A DNA stretch of 27,199 bases from assembly GCA_027251445.1 (NCBI GenBank), contig JAPNQO010000062.1, positions 1 through 27,199 of the forward strand, read 5' to 3'. The stretch comes from Fidelibacterota bacterium (lineage in GTDB: Bacteria; Fidelibacterota; Marinisomatia; Marinisomatales; TCS55). Shown here one piece after another: positions 9,066-19,129 of the stretch (within the stretch, counting starts at the first letter, position 1; each line of letters starts with the position of its first letter). Below the pieces are notes generated by a model, which was given only the letters and a program-made list of their open reading frames with translations, was not told where the DNA came from and did no database searches. The position numbers were made by a program, and so were the translations under genes.

Positions 9066-11894
9066 TTATAAGACTTTATCTAAAAATTTTCCTGTATAGG
9101 ATCGTTTAAATTTTGATACTTTTTCAGGGGTTCCTTTTGCAATAACTTGCCCTCCTTCTATTCCTCCTTCAGGGCCTAAATCAATTATCCAATCTGCGCT
9201 TTTAATTACATCTAAGTTATGTTCAATTACTATTACTGTATTTTGCCTATCCACTAATTTATGAATTACATTCATTAACATTTTTATATCTTCAAAATGC
9301 AGACCTGTCGTTGGTTCATCTAGAATATATAATGTGCGGCCTTTTGATATTTTTGATAGTTCAGTTGCAAGCTTTACTCTCTGCGCCTCCCCGCCAGATA
9401 AAGTGGTCGCTTGTTGCCCAAGCTTTATATATCCTAACCCGACTTCATTAAGGGTTGATAATTTTTTCTTTACAGATGGAATATTATCAAAGAATATTAG
9501 CGCTTCTTCAACAGACATTTTTAAAATATTATCTATATTTTTACCTTTATATTTTATTTGTAAAGTTTCTCTATTATATCTTGCTCCTTTACATACTTCA
9601 CAAGTAACATATACATCAGGAAGAAAATTCATTTCAATTTTTATTATACCATCTCCCTCACATGATTCACATCTGCCGCCTTTAACATTGAATGAGAAAC
9701 GACCAGGTTTATAACCTCGAATTTTTGATTCAGGAAGTTGAGTAAATAATTCTCTTATGAAAACAAATACTCCTGTATATGTTGCAGGGTTTGATCTTGG
9801 AGTGCGACCAATTGGCTTTTGATCAATGTTAATTATTTTATCAAGAAATTCTAAGCCTTGAATTGATTCATGATATAAAGGGAATTGACGAGACCCATAT
9901 AACTCTTTTGACACTGCAGGAAAAAGTGTTTCATTGATTAATGTACTTTTACCACTTCCAGATACGCCTGTTACCACGATTAACTTTCCAAGGGGTAAAT
10001 CAACATTTATATTTTTTAAATTATTGCCTGCTGCCCCTTTAATTGATATAAAATACGAACTTCCTATTCTCCTTTTACTTGGCACAGGTATGCTTTTTTC
10101 CCCTGATAAGTATTTCCCTGTTAGAGATTTCGGTGATTTTAATATTTCTTTGGGTGATCCTGAATACACTATTTCACCTCCATGCTCTCCTGCCCCAGGA
10201 CCAATATCAATAATATGATCCGATTCCTCCATGGTTTCTCTATCATGTTCTACTACTATTACTGAGTTTCCAATATCTCTTAGTTTTTTTAATGTTGATA
10301 ATAATCTATTATTATCGCGTGGATGCAAGCCTATAGAGGGTTCATCTAAAATATATAAAACGCCCATAAGCTGTGATCCAATTTGAGTTGCTAATCTTAT
10401 GCGTTGAGCTTCGCCTCCAGAAAGCGTTACTGCGGATCTTGAAAGTGTTAAATATTCTAAGCCTACATCAATTAAAAATCCCAATCTGCTATTTATTTCT
10501 TTTAGTATTTGCTCAGCAATTTTTGAATCTGTTTTATTCAACTTTAGCAATTTAAAATATTTACCACATTGTTTAATTGTCATTGCTGAAATATCTCCAA
10601 TGTTATTCCCTGATATTTTTACAGCTCTACTTTCTTTTCTTATTCTAACCCCATCACATTCTGGGCAAGGTCGCATACTCATAAATTGCTCGATCCATTG
10701 ACGAATATGAGACGATTTTGTTTGATTATATCTTCGTTCCAAATTTAAAATAGCACCTTCCCATCCCCCTGTATAAGTACCTGACCATCTTTTTGAGGAA
10801 TATTCCATTTTTAAGGTATCTTTTCCAGTCCCATATAATAAAATTTTTCGAATTTTTGGATCTATTTTAACCCAAGGTGTAGTAAAATTAAAATTATAAT
10901 GCTTTGCTAAGCTTTTCAAAATTTCACCATACCAATTTCCTCTTGGCTGTTCCCCTAGCGGAACAATTGCTCCTTGAATAAGAGATTTTGATTTATCTGG
11001 GACTAGTAAGTTTGGGTCTATATTCATTTGACTCCCTAATCCATCACATTTTTGACAAGCTCCGTATGGTGAGTTAAATGAAAACATTCGTGGAGACAAT
11101 TCATCAAGGGATGCTTCTGGATGCTCTGTACATCCAAAATGTTCACTAAATAAATGATCTTTCTTTTTATTTAGATCATGCATTATTAATGAACCAGAGC
11201 CTACCTTAAGAGCAAGTTCAACTGATTCTGTCAATCTTTCTTGATATTCTCCATCAAGAATTAACCTATCAACAATGACTTCAATATGGTGCAAAACATT
11301 CTTATTAAGATTAATTCTGTCTTCAACGTGGAAAATTTTTCCATCTACTCTGACACGTAAAAACCCTTCTCTTCTAATATCAGAAAATATGCCTTTATGT
11401 TGCCCTTTTTTCCCTCTGATAATTGGCGCTAATATATATATCTTAGAATTTTTATTTAAATTACAAACTGTATCTACTATTTGCTGCACGGTCTGTTTTT
11501 GTATCGGCTTATTACATATCCAACAATGGGGTTTCCCGATATTCGCAAATAACAAACGTAAATAATCATGAATTTCAGTAACTGTTCCAACAGTTGACCT
11601 TGGGTTGCGTGCTGCAGATTTTTGTTCAATGGAAATTGCAGGCGAAAGACCTTCAATATAGTCAAGATCAGGTTTTTCCATTAAACCTAAAAATTGCCTT
11701 GCATAAGAAGAAAGAGATTCAACATACCTTCTTTGCCCTTCCGCATATATAGTATCAAACGCAATTGAAGATTTACCCGACCCTGATAAACCAGTAATAA
11801 CTACAAACTGATCTCGCGGGATATCTAGATTTATATTTTTCAAATTATGCTGGCGGGCACCTTTGATTATTATAGAGTTTGTAGATTGATTCAA
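9066..11894 (-). CDS. uvrA: Excinuclease ABC subunit A
   Basis: GARQHNLKN, two Walker A motifs ([16 protein letters not shown]), two LSGGEAQR signatures, Zn-finger Cys pairs, 942 aa. TTG start. Confidence 0.97.
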   Translation of the reverse strand: MNQSTNSIIIKGARQHNLKNINLDIPRDQFVVITGLSGSGKSSIAFDTIYAEGQRRYVESLSSYARQFLGLMEKPDLDYIEGLSPAISIEQKSAARNPRSTVGTVTEIHDYLRLLFANIGKPHCWICNKPIQKQTVQQIVDTVCNLNKNSKIYILAPIIRGKKGQHKGIFSDIRREGFLRVRVDGKIFHVEDRINLNKNVLHHIEVIVDRLILDGEYQERLTESVELALKVGSGSLIMHDLNKKKDHLFSEHFGCTEHPEASLDELSPRMFSFNSPYGACQKCDGLGSQMNIDPNLLVPDKSKSLIQGAIVPLGEQPRGNWYGEILKSLAKHYNFNFTTPWVKIDPKIRKILLYGTGKDTLKMEYSSKRWSGTYTGGWEGAILNLERRYNQTKSSHIRQWIEQFMSMRPCPECDGVRIRKESRAVKISGNNIGDISAMTIKQCGKYFKLLKLNKTDSKIAEQILKEINSRLGFLIDVGLEYLTLSRSAVTLSGGEAQRIRLATQIGSQLMGVLYILDEPSIGLHPRDNNRLLSTLKKLRDIGNSVIVVEHDRETMEESDHIIDIGPGAGEHGGEIVYSGSPKEILKSPKSLTGKYLSGEKSIPVPSKRRIGSSYFISIKGAAGNNLKNINVDLPLGKLIVVTGVSGSGKSTLINETLFPAVSKELYGSRQFPLYHESIQGLEFLDKIINIDQKPIGRTPRSNPATYTGVFVFIRELFTQLPESKIRGYKPGRFSFNVKGGRCESCEGDGIIKIEMNFLPDVYVTCEVCKGARYNRETLQIKYKGKNIDNILKMSVEEALIFFDNIPSVKKKLSTLNEVGLGYIKLGQQATTLSGGEAQRVKLATELSKISKGRTLYILDEPTTGLHFEDIKMLMNVIHKLVDRQNTVIVIEHNLDVIKSADWIIDLGPEGGIEGGQVIAKGTPEKVSKFKRSYTGKFLDKVL

Positions 11895-12042
11895 TATATT
11901 AAGTTTTTAATAATAATTATGGTTTTATATAATTCCAGACAGACCAGGAATATATACTAATTAATTATATCTTCAAATTTAGATTAGCTATATTTAAAAT
12001 TAAAAAATGGATACAGTATAAATAAATGAAACACATTTCAAC

Positions 12043-12600
12043 ATGGGTACACTAGAAAACCATATCCTAATATCTATGCCACATTTAAAAGATCCTTACT
12101 TTAATGAAAGTATTGTACTTATTTGTGAACATAGTAAAGATGGAGCTTTAGGATTAATTATAAACAAACCATGTAAAAAGTCTCAATTAAAAATTCTATT
12201 TAATAAATTTGATAATAAATATGATGAATTACTAAAAACTTCTCAAAAATTATACTTTGGGGGGACCGTATTAATTGAAAGAGGGATATTATTACATAAT
12301 AGCTCTCATAATATCAAAAACAGCATAAAAATTTCAGATCAATTTTCTATAACAAGTAATAATAAAATATTAAAAGATATAAATGATGACAATGGCCCAG
12401 TACAATATAAACTCATTCTAGGCCATTCTGGGTGGACTTCCGGTCAATTAGAGAAAGAGATTGAAAATGGAGATTGGTTAATGCAATCTGCTTCAAGTGA
12501 TTTTGTATTTAATACTGACGAATCATTAATGTGGCAAACTGCTGCTAATTCTTTTGGAGTTGAACTTTCTCAGATTGCTAGTTTTGGTGGGTCTGCTTAA
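12043..12600 (+). CDS. YqgE/AlgH family protein (DUF179)
   Basis: LISMPHLKDPYFNESIVLICEH, GALGLIINKP, GHSGWTSGQLEKEI..GDW. Confidence 0.9.
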   Translation: MGTLENHILISMPHLKDPYFNESIVLICEHSKDGALGLIINKPCKKSQLKILFNKFDNKYDELLKTSQKLYFGGTVLIERGILLHNSSHNIKNSIKISDQFSITSNNKILKDINDDNGPVQYKLILGHSGWTSGQLEKEIENGDWLMQSASSDFVFNTDESLMWQTAANSFGVELSQIASFGGSA

Positions 12601-12629
12601 ACGAATAATAATATAATTAAAATACTTTT

Positions 12630-13529
12630 TTGAGAAATTATTTACCACAACTTGCTATTATTACTGCAGCAATTTTATGGAGCTTTGATGGATTTTTAAG
12701 ACAGTCGCTCTATAATGTTCCATCATTAATAATAGTTGCAATAGAGCATATTTTTGGTGCGGTTTTATTTATTCCATTTATTTTTAAAGCTAGAAAAGAA
12801 ATAAATAATATAAATCAACGAACATGGGTATCAGTCTTTTGGATAAGTATATGTGGAGGTATCTTAGGGACCTTTTTTTATACTAGCGCACTTAGCTATG
12901 TAAATTACATAAATTTGTCAGTTGTTGTATTATTACAGAAGCTTCAACCTCTATTTGCGATTAGTTTGGCTTCAGTAATTTTAAAAGAAAAACTCTCAAA
13001 AAAGTTTTTATTATTAGCTACTATCGCAATTATTGGAAGCTTTTTAGTTACTTTTGGATTACAACCAATAGCCGAATGGGAAGATAAAACGATAATTGCC
13101 TCATTATTTGCTTTACTTGCAGCATTTAGCTGGGGAAGCTCTACGGTATTAGGAAAGCATGCTTTAAAAAAATTATCATTTCAAATAGTTACATCACTTA
13201 GACTAATTATAACATCTATCGTATGTCTATTTATAATTGCTGGCTCATATGATTTACATATAATTACTGAATTAACAAAATCCCAATGGTTATCTATATT
13301 TATTATAAGTATATCTACAGGATCAGTTGCATTGTTTATATATTATTATGGATTAAAAAAAATACCAGCATCCCATACTACACTTTATGAATTATTCTGG
13401 CCATTATCTGCTATGTTCATAGATTGGTTTTATAGATCAAAAACTCTTGAAACAGCTCAAATCATAGGAGCAATCTTATTATTATATTCAATTATATTAT
13501 TATCAAGAGATGAAAAAAAGAGTGTGTGA
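12630..13529 (+). CDS. DMT/EamA family transporter
   Basis: About 10 hydrophobic segments in two repeated halves. AAILWS, LQPLFA...ILKEKL, AAFSWG, YYYGLKKI. TTG start, exact start uncertain. Confidence 0.88.
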   Translation: MRNYLPQLAIITAAILWSFDGFLRQSLYNVPSLIIVAIEHIFGAVLFIPFIFKARKEINNINQRTWVSVFWISICGGILGTFFYTSALSYVNYINLSVVVLLQKLQPLFAISLASVILKEKLSKKFLLLATIAIIGSFLVTFGLQPIAEWEDKTIIASLFALLAAFSWGSSTVLGKHALKKLSFQIVTSLRLIITSIVCLFIIAGSYDLHIITELTKSQWLSIFIISISTGSVALFIYYYGLKKIPASHTTLYELFWPLSAMFIDWFYRSKTLETAQIIGAILLLYSIILLSRDEKKSV

Positions 13530-14797
13530 ATAAAATTAAAAACAAACATGATAAACATAATCTTTTACTAAACTGTGCGCATGAGTTCTTTTGGGGCTTA
13601 GGGCTTTCCTTTCACACAGTTTATGCAATTATCCCTTTATTCCTAAAACAGCTTGGAGCGCCTCAAGGAATTTGCTTATCTATTGCCGGTTTATGGTCAA
13701 TTTTAGTTGCATTTCCACAATTATTCACAGCAGTAGTTGGTCGAAATATTAAAGATATAAAACGTGCTGTAATTAGGGTCCATATTTTTGCAATGCCGCC
13801 TATATTTATTGCTGGGTTTATTTTTGCCTTTTTTGCTCCAACTGGCCCAAATGTTTGGATGCTGTATTATATATGTTTTATTCTTTATGGAGTTGGTATT
13901 GGTATTATAATTCCTATATGGACAGATTTTCTCAATCACACATTTTCAAGTTCTAACCGCGGTAAATACCTGGGAATTTCATTTGCCTGGAATAGTGTTG
14001 GTGGTTTTTTTGGAGGTTTTGCTGTACGATATTTACTAAACAGCAATGTCCCTTTTCCTCAAAATTTTGGGTGGGGATTTTTAATTTTTTTTAATTGTAT
14101 TCTAATCGGAACAATTTTATTTAAATGGTATAATATCAAAACAAATAAAGAAATAAGTAAAAACAGGTCTATTAATGATTTTATGATTGAGACAAAAGAA
14201 ATAATAAATAAAAATTATAATTTTCGTAATTATCTTATATCAAGAATATTTCTTACAGCAAATTATCCGGCAATAAGTCTGTATGCAATTTATTCACAAA
14301 ATAAGTTTGGTTTTGATATAGGTGAAGCTGGTGTTTTTGTTATTTTAAATGTTTTTGCATCGGGTATAGGAAGCTTGTTTTCTGGTTGGCTAGGAGACTC
14401 ATATGGTCATAAAATTTCAATCTTATTTTCATTTATGGCATATTTAATGGCTCTTTTGATAGCTTTATTATCAAAAAATATGGTTCATGTATATATAGTT
14501 TTTTTATTTCTTGGTCTTGGTTTAGGTGCCTTTATGCCCTCTGCCATGAATTTAATTTATAAATTTGCTGATGGAGGGGATAACAAAATATATATGGCAT
14601 TAACAGATACAGTTTTAGCGCCATTTACATTTTTAGCTATTACTATTGTAGGAGGTGTTAGTGAATTAATTGATACGGATATTATTTTGATAGTTATTGG
14701 TGCTTTTTTAATAATTGGAATATTTATTATGATCTTTTTTGTAGATGACCCAAGCAATCAAGATAAAAAACAAATAATATCTTATAATGCTAGATAA
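13526..14797 (+). CDS. Major facilitator superfamily transporter
   Basis: About 12 hydrophobic segments, RGKYLG in the N-half, motif-A-like GWLGDSYGHK. GTG start overlaps the EamA stop. Confidence 0.87.
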   Translation: MNKIKNKHDKHNLLLNCAHEFFWGLGLSFHTVYAIIPLFLKQLGAPQGICLSIAGLWSILVAFPQLFTAVVGRNIKDIKRAVIRVHIFAMPPIFIAGFIFAFFAPTGPNVWMLYYICFILYGVGIGIIIPIWTDFLNHTFSSSNRGKYLGISFAWNSVGGFFGGFAVRYLLNSNVPFPQNFGWGFLIFFNCILIGTILFKWYNIKTNKEISKNRSINDFMIETKEIINKNYNFRNYLISRIFLTANYPAISLYAIYSQNKFGFDIGEAGVFVILNVFASGIGSLFSGWLGDSYGHKISILFSFMAYLMALLIALLSKNMVHVYIVFLFLGLGLGAFMPSAMNLIYKFADGGDNKIYMALTDTVLAPFTFLAITIVGGVSELIDTDIILIVIGAFLIIGIFIMIFFVDDPSNQDKKQIISYNAR

Positions 14798-14857
14798 TAT
14801 ATTTTTACTTGCTTTTCGAATAATTCAGAACTCAAATTACACGGTAGTCAAACACTA

Positions 14858-15244
14858 ATGTTTAGGCTTAAATCATACCAAATCATCTTTGCCTCGGTCA
14901 TTTCGCTGACCCTTTACAGTTGTGCGAATGATGATCCTGATAGACATCTAGAATTAGCAAAATGGTATAATTCAAAAGGGCTTTACGATGAAGCTATATC
15001 AGAATACCGTGAAGTTATTCGTCTATACCCGCAGACTACTCAAGCTCTTAGTAGACAAGAATACAATAATTTATCGGAAGCGCATTATCATTTAGCTCTA
15101 ATGTATACTAAAAAAGGGTGGTGGGAATTTGCATTAGATGCGGCAGAGTCAAGCTTCCAATTACAACCAAGCAATGATTCACATCAGCTTGTTGACATGA
15201 TTAAGAGGCAAATTAGGTTAAATAACTCCTCAGGGCCTTCTTAA
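14858..15244 (+). CDS. Small tetratricopeptide-repeat lipoprotein
   Basis: Basic N-terminus, hydrophobic stretch and lipobox-like LYSC. TPR-like helices LAKWYNSKGLYDEAISEYREVIRLYP and AHYHLALMYTKKGWWEFALDAAESSFQLQP. Confidence 0.78.
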   Translation: MFRLKSYQIIFASVISLTLYSCANDDPDRHLELAKWYNSKGLYDEAISEYREVIRLYPQTTQALSRQEYNNLSEAHYHLALMYTKKGWWEFALDAAESSFQLQPSNDSHQLVDMIKRQIRLNNSSGPS

Positions 15245-15269
15245 AACTATAATTTAGATTTATACTTTT

Positions 15270-16052
15270 TTAAAATGTCCCTGAGCGATGTTCTCCACCA
15301 TCGCAATAAATAATAGAACAATTTATAAAATCAGCTTCAGTCCTCATTAATAATGAAACTGTATTTGCAATATCGCCTGGGGTTGTAGTCCTTTTCATTG
15401 GATTACGCTTCTTAGTTTTTTCAACCCAATCTTCCCATTGATCTGTGATTTTTGTTAGCGCCCTTGTTGGGGTTATTCCAGCTTGCAACGAGTTTGCCGT
15501 TATGCCATATCTCCCAAGCTCCCAGCCTATTTGTCTTATTATTGCTTCCATAGCTACTTTCGCTACGCTTACAGGCCCATATCCATCCATTGCTAGATAA
15601 TTACCTTCACTTGTTAATCCTAAAATTCGCGATCCTTCACCTAGTAAATTTTCATTGAATAATTTTTGAGTCCAGTACAATAATGAATTTCCCATTACAT
15701 GAACCGTCATATCCATTTGTTTTTGTGTTACGGGTTTATCAGAAAAAAAGTTTGTTGTAGTTCCAAAAGCGATGGAATGAAGCAGTAGTTTTACTGGTTG
15801 CCCATCTGTTATCTCGCTTATTTTTGGTATATACTCATCCATTACTTCTATAGAAGCTGCATTTATATTCCAAAAATGAACTTTTCCATTATTAATATTT
15901 GATATTTTATTTTTTAATAGTTCAGCTTCTTTTTTAATCTCACCGCGGTCTAAGTGAAATCCTATAATTCCATAACCATCTTTCGCTAATCGTTCAGCTG
16001 TCGCACCCCCGTGCCCCGTTGAACAACCTAATATCAAAACCCATTCAGTCAT
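15270..16052 (-). CDS. SDR-family oxidoreductase, probable enoyl-ACP reductase (FabL/FabI-like)
   Basis: Rossmann start ILGCSTGHG, LLHSIAFG, catalytic Y-x6-K (YGPVSVAK, the enoyl-ACP reductase spacing rather than classic YxxxK), C-terminal DGG. Divergent from fabA. Confidence 0.8.
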   Translation of the reverse strand: MTEWVLILGCSTGHGGATAERLAKDGYGIIGFHLDRGEIKKEAELLKNKISNINNGKVHFWNINAASIEVMDEYIPKISEITDGQPVKLLLHSIAFGTTTNFFSDKPVTQKQMDMTVHVMGNSLLYWTQKLFNENLLGEGSRILGLTSEGNYLAMDGYGPVSVAKVAMEAIIRQIGWELGRYGITANSLQAGITPTRALTKITDQWEDWVEKTKKRNPMKRTTTPGDIANTVSLLMRTEADFINCSIIYCDGGEHRSGTF

Positions 16053-16143
16053 AATTACTCCATTTTAGTTATCTATAATTTATAAAAGAGTAATATGGAA
16101 GTTAAGTTTCTTATATAAATTCTAACTAATATAAATATAAACT

Positions 16144-16689
16144 ATGAGTCGTAAGTCGTCATTTAGCAAAAAAGATCTGTTAGAAATTGCAAAGGGTCAA
16201 TTCAGAGATAAAAGTATAGGTAAGCTGCCCCTACCTCCAATGTTGATGATAGATCGTATAATAGAAATTTCAGAAGTAGGCGGTGATTATGAAAAAGGTT
16301 ATATAAAAGCTGAAATGGATATATCTGATAATAATTGGTTTTTTGAATGTCACTTCAAAAATGACCCTGTAATGCCTGGATGTCTTGGTTTAGATGGATT
16401 TTGGCAGCTGATTGGATTTTTTCTATCTTGGGCAGGGGGAAAAGGCAAGGGAAGAGCTCTTGGGGTAAAAGATCTGAAGTTTAAAGGCCAAGTCCGGCCA
16501 TATCATGATATCATTACCTATACAATTCATATTAGAAAGTTTATTAAAAAACCAACTTATATGGCATGGGGCAATGCTACTCTATCTGTAAATAATAAAG
16601 AAATATATTTTGCTAAAGATCTACAAGTCGGGTTATTCGAAAAACTAGTTTGGGATACTGGGATGGACCCATCTGTAGATCCCTTTTAA
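16144..16689 (+). CDS. fabA: 3-hydroxyacyl-ACP dehydratase / trans-2-decenoyl-ACP isomerase
   Basis: LPLPPMLMIDRI, WFFECHFKNDPVMPGCLGLDGFWQLIGFFL, GKGRALGV, KFKGQV, DLQVGLF. Has His70 and Asp84; Asp is FabA-type, FabZ has Glu. Confidence 0.93.
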   Translation: MSRKSSFSKKDLLEIAKGQFRDKSIGKLPLPPMLMIDRIIEISEVGGDYEKGYIKAEMDISDNNWFFECHFKNDPVMPGCLGLDGFWQLIGFFLSWAGGKGKGRALGVKDLKFKGQVRPYHDIITYTIHIRKFIKKPTYMAWGNATLSVNNKEIYFAKDLQVGLFEKLVWDTGMDPSVDPF

Positions 16690-16712
16690 TTATTGTTACA
16701 TAAAATAATTTA

Positions 16713-17813
16713 ATGTCATTACGTTGTGGAATAATTGGTCTACCAAATGTTGGAAAATCTACATTATTTAATGCTTTAACTTCTTCAAATGTCCCAACGG
16801 AAAACTATCCATTTTGTACAATTGATCCTCATGTTGGGGTTGTTAAACTTCCCGATAAGAGATTAAACTTTTTAAATGAAATATATAATCCTAACACTGT
16901 TACATACTCAACTGTTGAATTCACTGATATAGCAGGACTGGTAGAGGGGGCCAGTAAAGGAGAGGGCTTAGGTAATCAATTTTTAGGACAAATTCGGCAA
17001 GTTAATACAATCATTCATGTAGTACGTTGTTTTAAAGATGATAAAATAACTCATGTATCAGGAAGCGTTAATCCTATTAATGATGTAGAAATCATTGAAA
17101 CTGAACTACTCCTTTCAGATATTCAAACTCTTGAAAAACAATTTCATAAATCGGAAAAACTGGCTAGGTCTGGCGATAAAACCGATCAAATAAAATATTC
17201 ATTAATACAATCACTTTTAGATCATTGTAATAATGGAAAAAAAGTAAAAACATTTAATACGAATAATGAAGAAAGAGAAATTGTTAGAAATCTTAATTTA
17301 CTGACAAATAAACCGATACTATATGTCGCTAATGTAGGTGAGGGCGATATTATAAATAACGAATCAAGCGATTTAAGTAATAAACTATCTGAATATGCTA
17401 AAGATGAAAATAATCTTTCTATTAGATTATGTAGCAAACTTGAACAAGAAATAGCAGTTTTATCAGAAGATGAAAAAGATTTATTTCTCAATGAGTACAG
17501 TTTATCAGAGCCTGGTTTAAATAAACTTATTAGGTCAGCATTTAACCTTTTAGGGCTAGAAACATTCTTTACTGCAGGACCAAAGGAAGTGCGAAGTTGG
17601 ACTATAAAAAAAGGAACAACCGCACCATCTGCTGCCGGTGAAATACATACTGATTTTGAAAGAGGCTTTATAAAAGCAGAAGTAATTAAATATATGGATT
17701 TAATAAATTTTGGATCTGAAAAAGCTGTGAAAGAAGCTGGTTTATCAAAGTTGCAAGGGAAAGAATATATTGTGTGTGATGGGGATTGTATTTTTTTCCA
17801 TTTTAATGTGTGA
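16713..17813 (+). CDS. ychF: Redox-regulated Obg-family ATPase YchF
   Basis: GIIGLPNVGKSTLFNALT, NYPFCTIDP, DIAGLVEGASKGEGLGNQFL, FFTAGPKEVRSW, IHTDFERGFIKAEV. Confidence 0.97.
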   Translation: MSLRCGIIGLPNVGKSTLFNALTSSNVPTENYPFCTIDPHVGVVKLPDKRLNFLNEIYNPNTVTYSTVEFTDIAGLVEGASKGEGLGNQFLGQIRQVNTIIHVVRCFKDDKITHVSGSVNPINDVEIIETELLLSDIQTLEKQFHKSEKLARSGDKTDQIKYSLIQSLLDHCNNGKKVKTFNTNNEEREIVRNLNLLTNKPILYVANVGEGDIINNESSDLSNKLSEYAKDENNLSIRLCSKLEQEIAVLSEDEKDLFLNEYSLSEPGLNKLIRSAFNLLGLETFFTAGPKEVRSWTIKKGTTAPSAAGEIHTDFERGFIKAEVIKYMDLINFGSEKAVKEAGLSKLQGKEYIVCDGDCIFFHFNV

Positions 17814-17822
17814 GGGTATAAT

Positions 17823-18302
17823 ATGTGGTTTTTTATGATAACATCATATGTGCTGATTTGTTTTTCAGCAATCGGGCTAATATTTATTGGAATTAATCAC
17901 TACATTAATATTTGGCCAACCCAACATATCTCATTTGATTTATTTGTTAGCTTAATATTTATTGCTACTCAAACATTGATAATTTTCTTTTTTGTTGGCA
18001 CAGGAGTTAATATAAAAGAGTATACTTTATCCAAGGGTTATAAGTTAGATAATAGATTTTACAAGGGTATACTTGCCTTAAAAAGAAAATTATACCCACC
18101 AACTCTTGCCGTAACTTTATTATTTATGATTACCGTTATTGTTGATGGCGCATACTTTCTAGGTAAAATAAATGAATGGTGGTTTCATATATTTTATATA
18201 TTAACACTATATTACTTTTTCAAATCATCTTTTGAACAACATAAAGCATTTATTGGTAGTACAAATATTGTTTTAGCTATGACAGAAAATGACAGAAAAT
18301 AA
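17823..18302 (+). CDS. Hypothetical membrane protein (~4 TM)
   Basis: 159-aa ORF 9 nt after ychF with a GAGGG SD-like site and four hydrophobic segments, followed directly by a terminator. Confidence 0.75.
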   Translation: MWFFMITSYVLICFSAIGLIFIGINHYINIWPTQHISFDLFVSLIFIATQTLIIFFFVGTGVNIKEYTLSKGYKLDNRFYKGILALKRKLYPPTLAVTLLFMITVIVDGAYFLGKINEWWFHIFYILTLYYFFKSSFEQHKAFIGSTNIVLAMTENDRK

Positions 18303-18325
18303 AAAAGGGAGCATAGCTCCCTTTT
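18303..18325. terminator. Bidirectional rho-independent terminator
   Basis: AAAAGGGAGC-ATA-GCTCCCTTTT is a perfect 10-bp inverted repeat with a T tract on each strand, between convergent genes. Confidence 0.88.
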
Positions 18326-18345
18326 AATTTTATGATGAAAAAATA

Positions 18346-18939
18346 TTATTCTTCGTACTCATCCTCATCGTATTCTTCATAATATTCTGGAGGATAGGCA
18401 TACATTTGAGAATAATCCCATTCTTCATCTTCATCTTCATCTTCATCTTCTACAACTTCTTTTGGGGCTTCTTGTTTTACCACAATAACCTTTGGGTCTA
18501 CTTTAGAAGCATCAATATTATCTGATTTTTCTAATGCTTTGTTTACTAAAGCAATATCTTCCGAGCTTAAAGATGGGGCTGGAGAGCCAGAAATGTATTG
18601 TCGAAAAATCATGCCTATTAAACCACCAAAAAATAAAACCAGAAGAGATATTAAAGAACCATCTGCTTTTAATTCATATCCCCCAAACATATTTTGTGAA
18701 AGACCATAGTTTAGAAACACTGCTAATGATAATAAAACTATAAAAAGAAGTAATATATTCCCCATTAGTGCGGGTGTATTTGATTCTACAACAAGTATAT
18801 ATAACATCCATATCATCATACCTGAAACAATAAAAATAATACTTGCAAAATAATTATTTGACATAATAGATATAGCAAAACCTATTAAAGAAGCAACTGG
18901 GATGAAAAAACCAATTCCGGTTTTTATATTATCGGCCAT
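18346..18939 (-). CDS. Hypothetical membrane protein (~4 TM) with acidic, Tyr-rich C-terminal tail
   Basis: 197-aa ORF. The hydrophobic N-terminal ~110 aa is followed by a tail ending VVEDEDEDEDEEWDYSQMYAYPPEYYEEYDEDEYEE, which stops just before the terminator. Confidence 0.78.
   Translation of the reverse strand: MADNIKTGIGFFIPVASLIGFAISIMSNNYFASIIFIVSGMMIWMLYILVVESNTPALMGNILLLFIVLLSLAVFLNYGLSQNMFGGYELKADGSLISLLVLFFGGLIGMIFRQYISGSPAPSLSSEDIALVNKALEKSDNIDASKVDPKVIVVKQEAPKEVVEDEDEDEDEEWDYSQMYAYPPEYYEEYDEDEYEE
18422..18450. repeat. In-frame hexanucleotide tandem repeat (TCTTCA)n encoding an Asp/Glu run
   Basis: tcttca x4 plus tcttc, encoding EDEDEDEDEE on the minus strand. Confidence 0.8.
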
Positions 18940-19129
18940 TATTAAGCTGGATAATCGTTGTAATTATTGTTTACCATAGTCGGAATTCTGATGAAAAATT
19001 GAATGTATTTGATTCGAAAAGCAAGATATTTCGGAACCAAATATTAAATATTTTATTTAATGAACAATTAGTTTCTTTTACCATTTGAAAGTTTATAATA
19101 GTTAATTTTCCTTAGGGCCTTTTTTAATT

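Noticed and set aside
11110..11140. UvrA CTEH in place of a CxxC pair
   Set aside because: Cys-to-His variation at this Zn site is plausible natural variation. The other Cys pairs and ATPase motifs are intact.
9334..11665. Small ORFs inside uvrA
   Set aside because: Shadow ORFs of a highly conserved gene.
12256..12270. YqgE GGTV instead of GGPV next to a G6 run
   Set aside because: The frame is intact and it is a single substitution, too little to claim phase variation or altered function.
19043..19061. Palindrome ATTAAATA-ttt-TATTTAAT upstream of the lipid A operon
   Set aside because: Made only of A/T in a very AT-rich intergenic region, so likely chance.
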